Positions 44,103 through 53,599 of a DNA stretch of 64,000 nt are shown one piece after another. This stretch comes from Candidatus Dojkabacteria bacterium (lineage in GTDB: Bacteria > Patescibacteriota > Dojkabacteria > J137), in the NCBI GenBank assembly GCA_030834985.1, contig JAUQWV010000006.1, forward strand, positions 76,168 through 140,167. The letters run 5' to 3'. The notes under the pieces were generated by a model that searched no databases, was not told where the DNA came from, and saw only the letters and a program-made list of their open reading frames with translations. The position numbers and the translations under genes were made by a program. How positions within the stretch are numbered: the first letter of the stretch is position 1; each line of letters opens with the position of its first letter.

Positions 44103-45947
44103 TTACTTACATTCTGCAGGGAATCCAGCATACAGGCAATTCGTAAAATCTTTCATTATCTCTGCAACAAAAAAGCCTCCTCCTCCTAAATTTAAGACAT
44201 AAGAAAATGAATAGCTGTTACCTTCATATTCAAACGTTCCTACAATCCAACCATGAGTTGTTTTTAATAGCTCTCCGCTACTTGAGATTTCGCTAGCTTC
44301 AGCTGTTCCGGTTTTAGCCCGAATATTTCCAGGCAAATCGTGTAAAAAGTAATATACTGTTCCATCATAATAATTAGCTACATTCCACATACCCTCATTG
44401 ATTAAATTATATGTTTTATCACTCATTGGGATTTGCCTAAGAATCTGAGCAGAAGGAGCTTCAACTACATTGCCGTAAATATCAGTTACTTGATGAATCA
44501 AATTCGGCTTATATACAGTGCCTTTATTAGCTATTGTAGATGCAACTACTGCCATTTGTATTGGTGTAACAGTATTAGAGCCTTGGCCAATCACTGAATT
44601 ACATGTATCACCTGAATACCAACCTAAGTTAAAAGCTTCTCTTTTATACTCTGGAGTATCGACATTGCCCGGGAGCTCACCCGCTAAATTTATTCCTGTT
44701 TTTTGTCCTAAACCGAAAAGGTTTGCAGTTTCAAAGAGTTTATTTAAATTCCCCTGCCGCTCTAATTCTAATGAATTTACACAAAAGAAAAGATTACTAG
44801 ACTTATACAGTGCACGTACAATATCCATTTGCCCATAAAAGTATTGCTGGTATTCACAAAAATCAAAATTATATTCAGAAGGCAAACACCTGTTAGAAAA
44901 ATATGTTGTGTATTCATCTATAGTCCCTGACTCTAACAGTGTATATGCAGTAATAAGCTTAAATGTAGAGCCAGGAGCAATTTGCAAGGTTAGAACTTTA
45001 TCAATTAAAGGTAATTTTCGGTCATTACTGTAATCTTGATACTGTGATTCTGAAATTCCTCTAATATATAGATTAGAATCAAAGCCAGGGTAACTAACCA
45101 TAGCAACAACATCACCGTTTGAATTATCTAAAATAACCCCTGCGCTTCCAGCTGCATTATGAATAGTTGAATACTTTTCTAAGATCTTGTATAAAGCTAC
45201 CTGCCAATCCTTATCTATAGTTAAAGTAATATTGAGCCCTGGTTCAGATGGAATAAAATTTTCTACACCATCGATAGAAAAGCTTGCACCTTTTACCCCT
45301 TTAAGCTTTTCTTCGAACTGATATTCAAGTTTATATTTCCCAATCTGATCAAAAAGTGAATAGCCATTCTCAACATCAGCCTGCTCTGTTTTACCTGTAT
45401 ATCCAATAATATGCGAAAACTCCTTGGGGTAAATATAATTTCTTTGCGGCAAATCAATTATATAAAAATACTTATCAAAATCTTTGGCTGTCTTTAAGTT
45501 TTGGATTTGTTCAAAGGTTAAATTTTCAGCAATTTTTAAGTCGTATTTTGATTCTAAAAGAGCTGATTGTAGTTTATCAGTGTCAACCTTTAAATCATTT
45601 AAATAATGTTGAACAATATAGTTAAAACTCTGGATATCCTGAGTAGCATATTCTTTTTTTACCAAGTATAGAGCGTAACTATTATTGTTTTTAGCTAAGA
45701 TGTTTGAATTTCTGTCAAAGAAAAAACCACGTTGTGCAGATATCCAATCTTTACGAGTAGATAAACTTGTAGAAGTATCATAGAGTTCTGTACCTGAAAT
45801 TAGCTGTAGATCTAAGCCACGTAGACTTAAAACAATCACTGTTATTATAACTATACCTAAAAGAATATAATCCGAGAACTTGCGTTTAGTAGACTTAATA
45901 GTGATATTAGAAAGATCAATTCTCTGAATTTCTACTTTTTTAGACAT
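44103..45947 (-). CDS. class B penicillin-binding protein (PBP2/FtsI-type transpeptidase)
   Basis: SxxK (APGSTFK), SxN (KSSN) and KTG (KTGTA) motifs. N-terminal TM anchor. Immediately downstream of mreB. Confidence 0.85.
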   Translation of the reverse strand: MSKKVEIQRIDLSNITIKSTKRKFSDYILLGIVIITVIVLSLRGLDLQLISGTELYDTSTSLSTRKDWISAQRGFFFDRNSNILAKNNNSYALYLVKKEYATQDIQSFNYIVQHYLNDLKVDTDKLQSALLESKYDLKIAENLTFEQIQNLKTAKDFDKYFYIIDLPQRNYIYPKEFSHIIGYTGKTEQADVENGYSLFDQIGKYKLEYQFEEKLKGVKGASFSIDGVENFIPSEPGLNITLTIDKDWQVALYKILEKYSTIHNAAGSAGVILDNSNGDVVAMVSYPGFDSNLYIRGISESQYQDYSNDRKLPLIDKVLTLQIAPGSTFKLITAYTLLESGTIDEYTTYFSNRCLPSEYNFDFCEYQQYFYGQMDIVRALYKSSNLFFCVNSLELERQGNLNKLFETANLFGLGQKTGINLAGELPGNVDTPEYKREAFNLGWYSGDTCNSVIGQGSNTVTPIQMAVVASTIANKGTVYKPNLIHQVTDIYGNVVEAPSAQILRQIPMSDKTYNLINEGMWNVANYYDGTVYYFLHDLPGNIRAKTGTAEASEISSSGELLKTTHGWIVGTFEYEGNSYSFSYVLNLGGGGFFVAEIMKDFTNCLYAGFPAECK

Positions 45948-46999
45948 TATTTTAAGATAAGATCTTTAACTTGATGTTTTTCAAGCAAGTCTACCCTGTC
46001 CATCATCTTTGAAATTCCAACCGCAACAGAGATAGATGCATTTTGAGAAATTTTAAATGGAACCTTTAGTTTTTGAGAAAAGTATTTATCAATATCTTCG
46101 ATAAGTGCACCGCCGCCCGAAAGGAAGACGCCATTATTTATAAGATCAGAAAGTATTTCGGGCGGCACACTTTCGATAGCTTCTTTTAAACTTGTAGCAA
46201 TCTTTTCTAATACAGGAAGTAACGCCTCTGTTACTTCAGGTTTAGATATCTTAGTTGATTTTGGCAATCCGCTAATAAGATCTTGTCCGCTAATTTCAAT
46301 CTGCTTATCTGGGTTTTTGGAAAGTGCACTAGCATGTTTAATTTTGATATCTTCTGCCTGCTTTAAGCCTATTAGCAAATTATACTTATTCTTTATGTAA
46401 TCAACTATCGCCAAATCCATTTCATCCCCTGCTATTCTTATTGTATTGTCTTTAACTATGCCTCCAAGAGAGATTAATGCAATATCTGTTGTACCTCCAC
46501 CAATATCAACAATCATATTGCCGGTAGCAGAATCAACTTCTAGACCGGCGCCAATTGCAGCTGCCATAGGTTCTTCAACAATGTAGACCTTTCTGGCACC
46601 GGCCGACTTAGCAGAATCTATAACAGAATTTATCTCAACTTCAGTAATAGTCGTAGGTACACCTATAACTACTCGAGGTTTTAGTATTCTATTAAACACT
46701 GTCGATTTAACATTAGACGTTTTATTAATAAAATATCTAATTAAAGCTTCAGTAGCATTAAAATCAGATATCACTCCATTTTTTAATGGCTGAACAGCTT
46801 TTATATTTGAAGGTGTTCTTCCTATCATTTTTCTAGCATCATTACCTACAGAAAGAACTTTTCCAGTCGTACTATTTATTGCGATAATTGATGGTTCTTT
46901 AATGATATCTTTCTTGCCTTTAATAAGAACGCGGATATTAGCAGTTCCTAAATCAATAGCAATATCTTTTGAAAATCTAGCTAAAAAGTTATCTAACAT
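45947..46999 (-). CDS. mreB: rod-shape-determining actin homologue MreB
   Basis: IAIDLGTANIRV phosphate-1, DIGGGTTDIA phosphate-2, LSGGGALI adenosine motifs. Confidence 0.9.
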   Translation of the reverse strand: MLDNFLARFSKDIAIDLGTANIRVLIKGKKDIIKEPSIIAINSTTGKVLSVGNDARKMIGRTPSNIKAVQPLKNGVISDFNATEALIRYFINKTSNVKSTVFNRILKPRVVIGVPTTITEVEINSVIDSAKSAGARKVYIVEEPMAAAIGAGLEVDSATGNMIVDIGGGTTDIALISLGGIVKDNTIRIAGDEMDLAIVDYIKNKYNLLIGLKQAEDIKIKHASALSKNPDKQIEISGQDLISGLPKSTKISKPEVTEALLPVLEKIATSLKEAIESVPPEILSDLINNGVFLSGGGALIEDIDKYFSQKLKVPFKISQNASISVAVGISKMMDRVDLLEKHQVKDLILK

Positions 47000-47063
47000 T
47001 TTGATGTAGTTATAAATACATTAAACTACACTAATAATAGCAGGTATCGGGAGATTTAAGAAA

Positions 47064-47136
47064 AGCCGAGTTCGGGAATTGAACCCGAGACCTTACCCTT
47101 ACCATGGGTATGCTCTACCAACTGAGCTAACTCGGC
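47064..47136 (-). tRNA. tRNA-Thr (anticodon GGT)
   Basis: Reverse complement GCCGAGTTAGCTCAGTTGGTAGAGCATACCCATGGTAAGGGTAAGGTCTCGGGTTCAATTCCCGAACTCGGC. Anticodon loop ATGGTAA. Confidence 0.85.
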
Positions 47137-47157
47137 ACGGGTGGCCTTATAAAAAAA

Positions 47158-47241
47158 TCCGGAGAGAAGGATTTGAACCTCCGAAGTCCTTAGGACGCCT
47201 GATTTACAGTCAGGTGCGATTGACCGCTCCGCCATCTCCGG
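47158..47241 (-). tRNA. tRNA-Tyr (anticodon GTA), long variable arm
   Basis: Reverse complement CCGGAGATGGCGGAGCGGTCAATCGCACCTGACTGTAAATCAGG... Anticodon loop CTGTAAA. Confidence 0.85.
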
Positions 47242-47247
47242 TTAATT

Positions 47248-47320
47248 AGCCACTCGAGGGACTCGAACCCACGACCCGCTGTTTACAAAACAGCTGCTCT
47301 ACCAGCTGAGCTAGAGTGGC
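47248..47320 (-). tRNA. tRNA-Thr (anticodon TGT)
   Basis: Reverse complement GCCACTCTAGCTCAGCTGGTAGAGCAGCTGTTTTGTAAACAGCGGGTCGTGGGTTCGAGTCCCTCGAGTGGC. Confidence 0.85.
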
Positions 47321-47468
47321 TTAAATAAGCTCGTAATTATATGACAAACTTAACGATGATGTCTACCCGAATAAACCTGCTATCAGCATTTTCTGATTGC
47401 TAAAAAAGGTAAAATCATTTAAAATTCATCAGCATTTAAGAAATATTAATATATTAAGTAACTATCCA

Positions 47469-47717
47469 ATGTCAAGAGCTTGCGAAATAACAGGAAAAAA
47501 AACAGCTTTCGGAGGTAGTCATAAACATAAAAGAGGAGCTTCTGGTGGAGGTGGAGTTTGGAGATTCAAAGCACCTAATACTAAAAGAACTTGGAAACCT
47601 AATTTACGAAAAGTTAAATTAGAAGTAAATGGTCAAACTAAGAGAGTAAAAATCTCTATGAAAGCTTATAAAAAGCTAAGGAAAATGGCACAAGTTGAGC
47701 ATAATCATAGCCATTAA
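47469..47717 (+). CDS. rpmB: 50S ribosomal protein L28. The true start is the internal Met; the ORF-track start at 47397 is too far upstream.
   Basis: MSRACEITGKKTAFGGSHKHKRG matches the L28 N-terminus MSRVCQVTGK. Confidence 0.85.
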   Translation: MSRACEITGKKTAFGGSHKHKRGASGGGGVWRFKAPNTKRTWKPNLRKVKLEVNGQTKRVKISMKAYKKLRKMAQVEHNHSH

Positions 47718-47720
47718 CTT

Positions 47721-48449
47721 TTGCATACCTATATGATTATTTATGGTAGAAATACTGTAATTGAAGCACTTAATTCCTCGCATACTAGCGAGGAATTATT
47801 TTTGCAGGAGAATATTAAAGAAGACAATAAGATTTCCTCTATTCTAAAATTAGCTCGAACAGCCGAAGTACCTATCAAATTTATTACCCCTAAAGAATTA
47901 AGAAAGCTGACAAACTCAGATGAACACCAGGGTGTTGCCTTAAAAATCAACTTCAAAGAAAGCCACTTAAAAGATATTCTGCCAGAAGCTCAAAAAGCAT
48001 TCATATATATATCTGACGCAACATATGAGCACAATGTAGGGGCAATTATTAGAACTGCAGAATGTGCAGGCTTTGAAGGAGTAATAATACCATCAGATAT
48101 TAAGATTACTCCAATTATAGCTAAGATTTCTACTGGCGCAGTTTTTAATATTCCAATAATTAGAAATTCAGTATTTAATACAATTAAAGCTTTTAAAGAC
48201 AATGGATACTATGTTTGTGGAATTGAACGAGGCGGTAAGCAACTATTTGAGTCCTCTGCTCCAATAAATACTCTATTCATTATAGGGTCCGAAGATAAGG
48301 GCTTAACAGAGCCAGTAGCTAAACAATGCGACGACTTAGTAGAAATCCCTCAGTTTGGACAAGTAAATTCGTTAAATATGAGTGTAGCTTCCGCTGTGGT
48401 GATTTACAACTATCTAAGAGACAATATTAGTGATATTAAAAATTTATGA
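47721..48449 (+). CDS. TrmH/RlmB-family RNA 2'-O-methyltransferase
   Basis: N-terminal IYGRNTVIEAL substrate-binding domain, then SpoU catalytic domain with LFIIGSEDKGL and NSLNMSVASAVVIY. Confidence 0.8.
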   Translation: MHTYMIIYGRNTVIEALNSSHTSEELFLQENIKEDNKISSILKLARTAEVPIKFITPKELRKLTNSDEHQGVALKINFKESHLKDILPEAQKAFIYISDATYEHNVGAIIRTAECAGFEGVIIPSDIKITPIIAKISTGAVFNIPIIRNSVFNTIKAFKDNGYYVCGIERGGKQLFESSAPINTLFIIGSEDKGLTEPVAKQCDDLVEIPQFGQVNSLNMSVASAVVIYNYLRDNISDIKNL

Positions 48450-49195
48450 ATAACCAAAATCGAAATTCATGGATTTATCTTGTAGGCATAATCATTATGT
48501 TTGGGCTGCTTATTGTCATTGCAACTCAAGTTATACTACCGATATTTCAGAGAAATAGACAAATTAATATCAATTTGAATCTACCTAAGCCAGAGCTCAC
48601 AATTGACACATCAAGAAATTATTTAGCTAAAGTCACAACAAACTTAGGAATCTTTGAAATAGAACTATGCTCTGCTTGTGCTCCACAAAACGTAAATAAT
48701 TTTGTATATTTGGCTCAAAAAGATTACTACGTTAACACTAAATTTCATCGAGTTATTAAAGATCTATTATTTCAAGGTGGAGACAGAAATACGTTAAGTG
48801 CTGATTACTCTACTTATGGTAAAGGAAAGACTAATTACTTAATAGAAGACGAGGTTAATTGGGATGCGCTAGCATTAAGCCAGGAAAAAAGAGAGCTATT
48901 AACGCAGCAAGGCTTTAGTTCTAATGCTACTTTGCCTTCAAAAAGGCTAACACGGTATACGGTTGCTATGGCCAATGATGATCCTAATACAAATAGTAGC
49001 CAGTTTTTTGTTATAACAGCTGATAATAGTGATTCAAGGCTAGAAGAATTTAATGGTAGGTTTACTGTGATTGGCGAGATCAGATCAGGATTTGACACCT
49101 TGTCAAAAATAAATGGCATCGAGATTTCTGATGTCAATTCGTTTCGACCAAATGCCGATATTGTACTAGAAAAGATCGAGATAACCATCTTGTAA
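48446..49195 (+). CDS. cyclophilin-type peptidyl-prolyl cis-trans isomerase, membrane-anchored
   Basis: N-terminal TM helix. FHRVIKDLLFQGGD cyclophilin signature. Confidence 0.85.
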   Translation: MNNQNRNSWIYLVGIIIMFGLLIVIATQVILPIFQRNRQININLNLPKPELTIDTSRNYLAKVTTNLGIFEIELCSACAPQNVNNFVYLAQKDYYVNTKFHRVIKDLLFQGGDRNTLSADYSTYGKGKTNYLIEDEVNWDALALSQEKRELLTQQGFSSNATLPSKRLTRYTVAMANDDPNTNSSQFFVITADNSDSRLEEFNGRFTVIGEIRSGFDTLSKINGIEISDVNSFRPNADIVLEKIEITIL

Positions 49196-49214
49196 AAACT
49201 TTGTAAAACTTTCT

Positions 49215-49247
49215 ATTTAGAATTCTTACTAGTTAAGAATTCTAAAT
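49215..49247. promoter_or_regulatory. 33-bp perfect palindrome (14-bp arms) immediately upstream of / overlapping the first comEC fragment; operator or terminator-like
   Basis: ATTTAGAATTCTTA ctagt TAAGAATTCTAAAT. The arms contain two EcoRI-like GAATTC cores. No U-tract follows. Confidence 0.5.
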
Positions 49248-49375
49248 GAACAGAAATATAATTACTCCAATCCTTATTTTGCTTGATTTAATTTTACTTT
49301 CTATTCTTCTTTTTGTTGGAGAGATCGAAGCTAATGCTACCCAGATAGAATTTATAGAATTACCCCCGATCGAAC

Positions 49376-50443
49376 ATGAAAGTTCACTCTCCATTCATAT
49401 ACCTATTACTGCTTAGTTTCTTAGAACAAAGATTAAGCATCCTACTATTATTAGCTATTAATGCGATATCCCTGTCTGTATTCAAAACAATAAGACCAAC
49501 CTTACGCTTAACTGCTCTATTTTTTATCTTTATCCTAACCAAATATATACTTGAATTAAATTTATTACAGTCGATGTTCACAACGCTAAACAGTACGTTG
49601 TCACATAGTCTTACCAGCCAAATTACTGATCTATTCGATACAAATCACGCACAATTTTTAATCGGGATTACAATAGGAGGCTCTAATGTAGATTTAAATC
49701 AAGATCTAAAAAATCTATTTAAAAAGTTTAATCTACTTCACTTAATAAGTGTATCAGGAGCAAATTTTATTTTAATTAATGAATTAACTAATCCACTAAA
49801 AAAATATCTAGGATACTATCGAATATTGATAACCAATTTAATAGTAAGCTCTTACTATATATTTGCCATAGGTTTTAGCAATCTACCGGCTTCAAGAGCG
49901 TTTTTATTTTCCAGCTATGATAATATAGCCGCGCTTTCCGGAAGACCCATTAAGTTTTTTAACAAACTGCTTTTGAGCTTATGCGTTATTTCTTATAGCA
50001 GCCCAACATTGTTATTCGAGCGATCTTTAATTCTAAGCATTGGATTCACTCTACTATACAAATCATTTGGGCTACCTAAAATAAAAACGCTCTTCGATAA
50101 CGAACTTCTAAAATTGGCTACAATTTTTATTATCTCAGCTACTATCTTCGGGAACGAAAATCCCGACTTTTTAGCCAACTTACTATTATCAGTTATCTAC
50201 CCAATTTTGTTTATAGGTACGTTTACTATATACATAACCTCTATTATCGGCGCAGAATTATTAGCAGACGTAACTTATAGAGTTATTAATATAATTCTCG
50301 ATTTCATATTTGAATATTTAGGAGCTCTTTCAAGTACCGAAAATACGTATTTACAGACGATGCTGTTCTTAGCTATTTTGGCTATCTTTGTTTATAAAAT
50401 TGTAAAAAATAAATATCGTGGATATCAGAATATTGCTCAATAA
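49376..50443 (+). CDS. comEC: ComEC/Rec2 competence-channel domain (membrane part). It may continue from a 56-aa upstream fragment in another frame (49245-49415).
   Basis: ComEC competence-domain motif FNLLHLISVSGANFILI. Polytopic membrane protein. Confidence 0.7.
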   Translation: MKVHSPFIYLLLLSFLEQRLSILLLLAINAISLSVFKTIRPTLRLTALFFIFILTKYILELNLLQSMFTTLNSTLSHSLTSQITDLFDTNHAQFLIGITIGGSNVDLNQDLKNLFKKFNLLHLISVSGANFILINELTNPLKKYLGYYRILITNLIVSSYYIFAIGFSNLPASRAFLFSSYDNIAALSGRPIKFFNKLLLSLCVISYSSPTLLFERSLILSIGFTLLYKSFGLPKIKTLFDNELLKLATIFIISATIFGNENPDFLANLLLSVIYPILFIGTFTIYITSIIGAELLADVTYRVINIILDFIFEYLGALSSTENTYLQTMLFLAILAIFVYKIVKNKYRGYQNIAQ

Positions 50444-51278
50444 TGTTGTAATTATTTTGCTTATAGCACTACTTCCGCTCGCTATTGATAAAGTAGTACT
50501 ACTATTTAATAGCGACCAGATAACGTTTCTAAATATTGGACAAGGAGATTCAATTCTTATTTGTAACCAATTCAAAAAGTGCGGTCTTATAGATACAGGC
50601 AAGCAAAATTCTGTGATTAACAAGATCAAAAAATACACCAGTCCTCCATTAGAGTTTCTTATATTAACTCATCCTGATTTAGACCATACAGGTAAAACTT
50701 TAGAGATACTTAAAGAGATAGGTGTTAGAAGAATATTCGTTAATGAAAGCTCGAAAGCGCGAGAAATTATTAAATCTATCCAACAGGTGCAAGTCCGCGC
50801 TTTCGAGCTCAAATCACATAACGATTTCATATTTGGAAACTATAAATTCGACATATTCTGGCCTCTTCCAGACACCGAGCTAGATTCTCTAGACAGCAAC
50901 GAAACATCTATTAGTATAGTTTTACACAACCAAAATCACCGCTTCTATTTAGCCGGCGATTTGGGTACAAAATTAGAAGATGAAAACCAAAAACAATATG
51001 GCTTAAATTCAATAACAGTAGCTAAATTAAGCCATCATGGTAGCAAGAACTCCTCCAGTTTATCCTTATTAAAAAGCCTTGCTCCAGATGTAGCTATCTT
51101 TTCAGTTGGAAAAAATTCCTATGGCCATCCTAATATACGGGTAATTGAAGATTTAAATATTCTAAAAATCCCATTTTTAAGAACAGATCTAGATGGAGAT
51201 ATACAAATCAAAATTAAAGAGCAAAAGCTCCAAATCGATACTGAAAAAAGCAAAAAATCATATATAATATTGAATTAA
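50418..51278 (+). CDS. comEC: ComEC C-terminal metallo-beta-lactamase-fold domain, separate ORF in +1 frame overlapping the previous one by 26 nt
   Basis: ITFLNIGQGDSILI and LILTHPDLDHTGK (HxHxDH MBL motif). SHHGSKNSS downstream. Confidence 0.7.
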   Translation: MDIRILLNNVVIILLIALLPLAIDKVVLLFNSDQITFLNIGQGDSILICNQFKKCGLIDTGKQNSVINKIKKYTSPPLEFLILTHPDLDHTGKTLEILKEIGVRRIFVNESSKAREIIKSIQQVQVRAFELKSHNDFIFGNYKFDIFWPLPDTELDSLDSNETSISIVLHNQNHRFYLAGDLGTKLEDENQKQYGLNSITVAKLSHHGSKNSSSLSLLKSLAPDVAIFSVGKNSYGHPNIRVIEDLNILKIPFLRTDLDGDIQIKIKEQKLQIDTEKSKKSYIILN

Positions 51279-51327
51279 AGCGCTGCACAGTTTATAATTA
51301 GCGAGCTTAAATAATTAGTGATTATGT

Positions 51328-51510
51328 ATGGCAGGAGCAAAGAAGAAAAAGCCAAATGTTTTTAGGTTTTATAATAGTGAGACAGGCGAACACTATACTA
51401 TTCGATTAAGTAAAGAAGCCTACGATAAGCTAGCTGATAAACCAATTAAAAAGTTTAGTAAAAAGCTAAAAAAACACGTAGAATTCAAATTAATAAAGAA
51501 AGTTAAGTAA
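51328..51510 (+). CDS. rpmG: 50S ribosomal protein L33 (Cys-less form)
   Basis: 60-aa basic protein, FRFYNSETGEHYTIRLSK. Position upstream of tRNA-Trp-secE-nusG is conserved. Confidence 0.75.
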   Translation: MAGAKKKKPNVFRFYNSETGEHYTIRLSKEAYDKLADKPIKKFSKKLKKHVEFKLIKKVK

Positions 51511-51567
51511 TTAGTGCTGTTTGAAAACTGAGAGACGTTAGAGTAAAATCCGATATGCCGGGTGGAT

Positions 51568-51639
51568 GCGAGCGTTGGTTAATTGGTAAACCACCGGTCT
51601 CCAAAACCGGGACTCTCAGTTCGAGTCTGAGCGCTCGTG
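51568..51639 (+). tRNA. tRNA-Trp (anticodon CCA)
   Basis: GCGAGCGTTGGTTAATTGGTAAACCACCGGTCTCCAAAACCGGGACTCTCAGTTCGAGTCTGAGCGCTCGTG. Aligns arm-for-arm with E. coli tRNA-Trp. Confidence 0.85.
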
Positions 51640-51660
51640 CTTAATCAAAAAAGAAATCAA

Positions 51661-51870
51661 ATGTTAAAAAAAGTATTAAATTTACCAAAAAAGTTAGCTA
51701 ATTTTATAAGAGGCGTCTTTGCTGAGCTTAAATTTGTCCAATGGATAAAAGGCTCTGATGTATTAAAATACACTGTATTTTTAATGCTTTTTTTAATATT
51801 CGGATCACTAGCAATAATGCTAATAGATAGAGTATTTTTATTAATAAGAGAATTAATACTACCAGTATAA
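51661..51870 (+). CDS. secE: preprotein translocase subunit SecE. Start chosen at an internal Met, because the ORF-track start at 51637 overlaps tRNA-Trp.
   Basis: Single C-terminal TM helix. tRNA-Trp-secE-nusG synteny. Confidence 0.75.
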   Translation: MLKKVLNLPKKLANFIRGVFAELKFVQWIKGSDVLKYTVFLMLFLIFGSLAIMLIDRVFLLIRELILPV

Positions 51871-52454
51871 TGGAAGAGGAAAACACACAAACACAAGTTG
51901 TAGAAAATAACGACAAGCTTAAATGGTACATCGTTGCAAGTTCATCTGGAAAAGAAAATAAAACGGCTGAGCTTATCAAACAAAGAATTAAAGCTAATAA
52001 CTACGAAGAGAAGATTACAGATGTAGTTGTTCCTACTCAAGAGAAAATTGTAATTAAAAGAGGTAAAAAACAAACAGTAGAAGAAAGAATTTTTCCCGGC
52101 TACATTTTAGTAAAAATGCTTCCTGGTGATGAAACATTCTACTTAATCAGAAATACAGAGGGAGTAACTGGATTCGTTGGTACTACCGCTAAATCTAAAG
52201 TCCCTACTCCACTAAACCCTAAGGAAGTGGAAGGAATCTTAGCATTTACCCAAGTAAAACAATCGCCAGTATTTGATGCAAAATATCAAATAGGAGAAGC
52301 TGTAAAGGTAGTTGAAGGACCTTTCAAAGATATTGTTGGAACAGTTAGGGAAATTAATGAAGCTAAAGGTCAGGTTACAGTCTTACTTTCAATGTTCGGG
52401 CAAGATGTGCCTGTTCAGTTAGACTTTTTACAAGTATCTAAAATATCAAATTAA
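51870..52454 (+). CDS. nusG: transcription termination/antitermination factor NusG
   Basis: NGN domain and KOW motif GEAVKVVEGPFKDIVGTVREIN. Confidence 0.9.
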   Translation: MEEENTQTQVVENNDKLKWYIVASSSGKENKTAELIKQRIKANNYEEKITDVVVPTQEKIVIKRGKKQTVEERIFPGYILVKMLPGDETFYLIRNTEGVTGFVGTTAKSKVPTPLNPKEVEGILAFTQVKQSPVFDAKYQIGEAVKVVEGPFKDIVGTVREINEAKGQVTVLLSMFGQDVPVQLDFLQVSKISN

Positions 52455-52464
52455 CTAAAAGAAT

Positions 52465-52890
52465 ATGGCTAAAGAAATCGTAAGTGTACTAAAACTTGAA
52501 TTGCCAGCAGGAAAAGCTAATCCCGCTCCTCCAATTGGACCTATTATTGGTCAAGCAGGTATCCCAATTCAACCATTCTTAACAGAATTCAATGCAAAAA
52601 CTGCAGCTATGGGCAACGATATTATTCCCATTATTGTGCAGATTTTTAAAGACAGAAGTTACAAAATAATTTATAAACAACCTACTATTTCCGGTATGCT
52701 TAAGAGCAAATTAAAGCTAGAAAAAGGCTCTGCAACTCCAAATAAATCTAAAGTTGCTAAGATAAAAAGAGCTGACCTAGCTGAGATTGCAGAAAGAAAA
52801 CTACCTGATTTAAACACCAAGAAAAAAAGTTCTGCAGTTAAAATTGTAGAAGGTGTTGCCAGAAGCTTAGGAATAGATGTAATAGATTAA
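52465..52890 (+). CDS. rplK: 50S ribosomal protein L11
   Basis: VLKLELPAGKANPAPPIGPIIGQAGI. Confidence 0.95.
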   Translation: MAKEIVSVLKLELPAGKANPAPPIGPIIGQAGIPIQPFLTEFNAKTAAMGNDIIPIIVQIFKDRSYKIIYKQPTISGMLKSKLKLEKGSATPNKSKVAKIKRADLAEIAERKLPDLNTKKKSSAVKIVEGVARSLGIDVID

Positions 52891-52911
52891 TTTAAGAAAG
52901 GTAAGACTACT

Positions 52912-53586
52912 ATGAAGAAAAAAATTGAAATTGACACAAGCAGAACCTACACATTAGAAGAGGCAGTAAAATTACTGCCAGAGCTTTCTTTAAGCAAGTT
53001 TGTTGGTTCAGTTGATGTTGATATAGTTCTAAATCTAAAAGAGAAACAAAAAAAGGAAAGCATCAGAGGAAGCGTGACTCTACCCTTTAGTATGGGTGAT
53101 GAAAAAAAAGTTGTTGTGATTTGTGAAGAAAAAGATGAAAAAGCTGCACTAGCAGCCGGTGCTAATAAAGCAGGTTTAAGTGTGGTTGACGATATTGCAA
53201 ACGGAAAAATCGACTTTAATGTTGTAATTGCAACACCAAGTGTTATGGGACAATTAGTAAAGATTGGTAAGATTTTAGGTCCAAAAGGCTTAATGCCAAA
53301 TCCAAAGAACGGAACAGTAACTACCGACGTAGATAAAGCTGTAAAAAGCTTTAAGGCTGGCCGATTAAACTTTAAGTCAGTACCTGATCAAGGAGCAATT
53401 AGACTAAAAGTAGCTAAATTAGATATGCCTGTTGAAAATATACAGGAGAATATCATTGCTTTATTAAAAGTAGTTTTTGCTGAAAGTAAAAAATTATCAT
53501 CTAATCCATTCAAAAAAGTTACAGTATCCCCTACTATGGGTGCTGGATTAAAGTTAGATGTTAATGATATAATCAAATACGTTTAA
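52912..53586 (+). CDS. rplA: 50S ribosomal protein L1
   Basis: 224 aa. KILGPKGLMPNPKNGTVT motif. Confidence 0.9.
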   Translation: MKKKIEIDTSRTYTLEEAVKLLPELSLSKFVGSVDVDIVLNLKEKQKKESIRGSVTLPFSMGDEKKVVVICEEKDEKAALAAGANKAGLSVVDDIANGKIDFNVVIATPSVMGQLVKIGKILGPKGLMPNPKNGTVTTDVDKAVKSFKAGRLNFKSVPDQGAIRLKVAKLDMPVENIQENIIALLKVVFAESKKLSSNPFKKVTVSPTMGAGLKLDVNDIIKYV

Positions 53587-53599
53587 AATTGAATAACGT

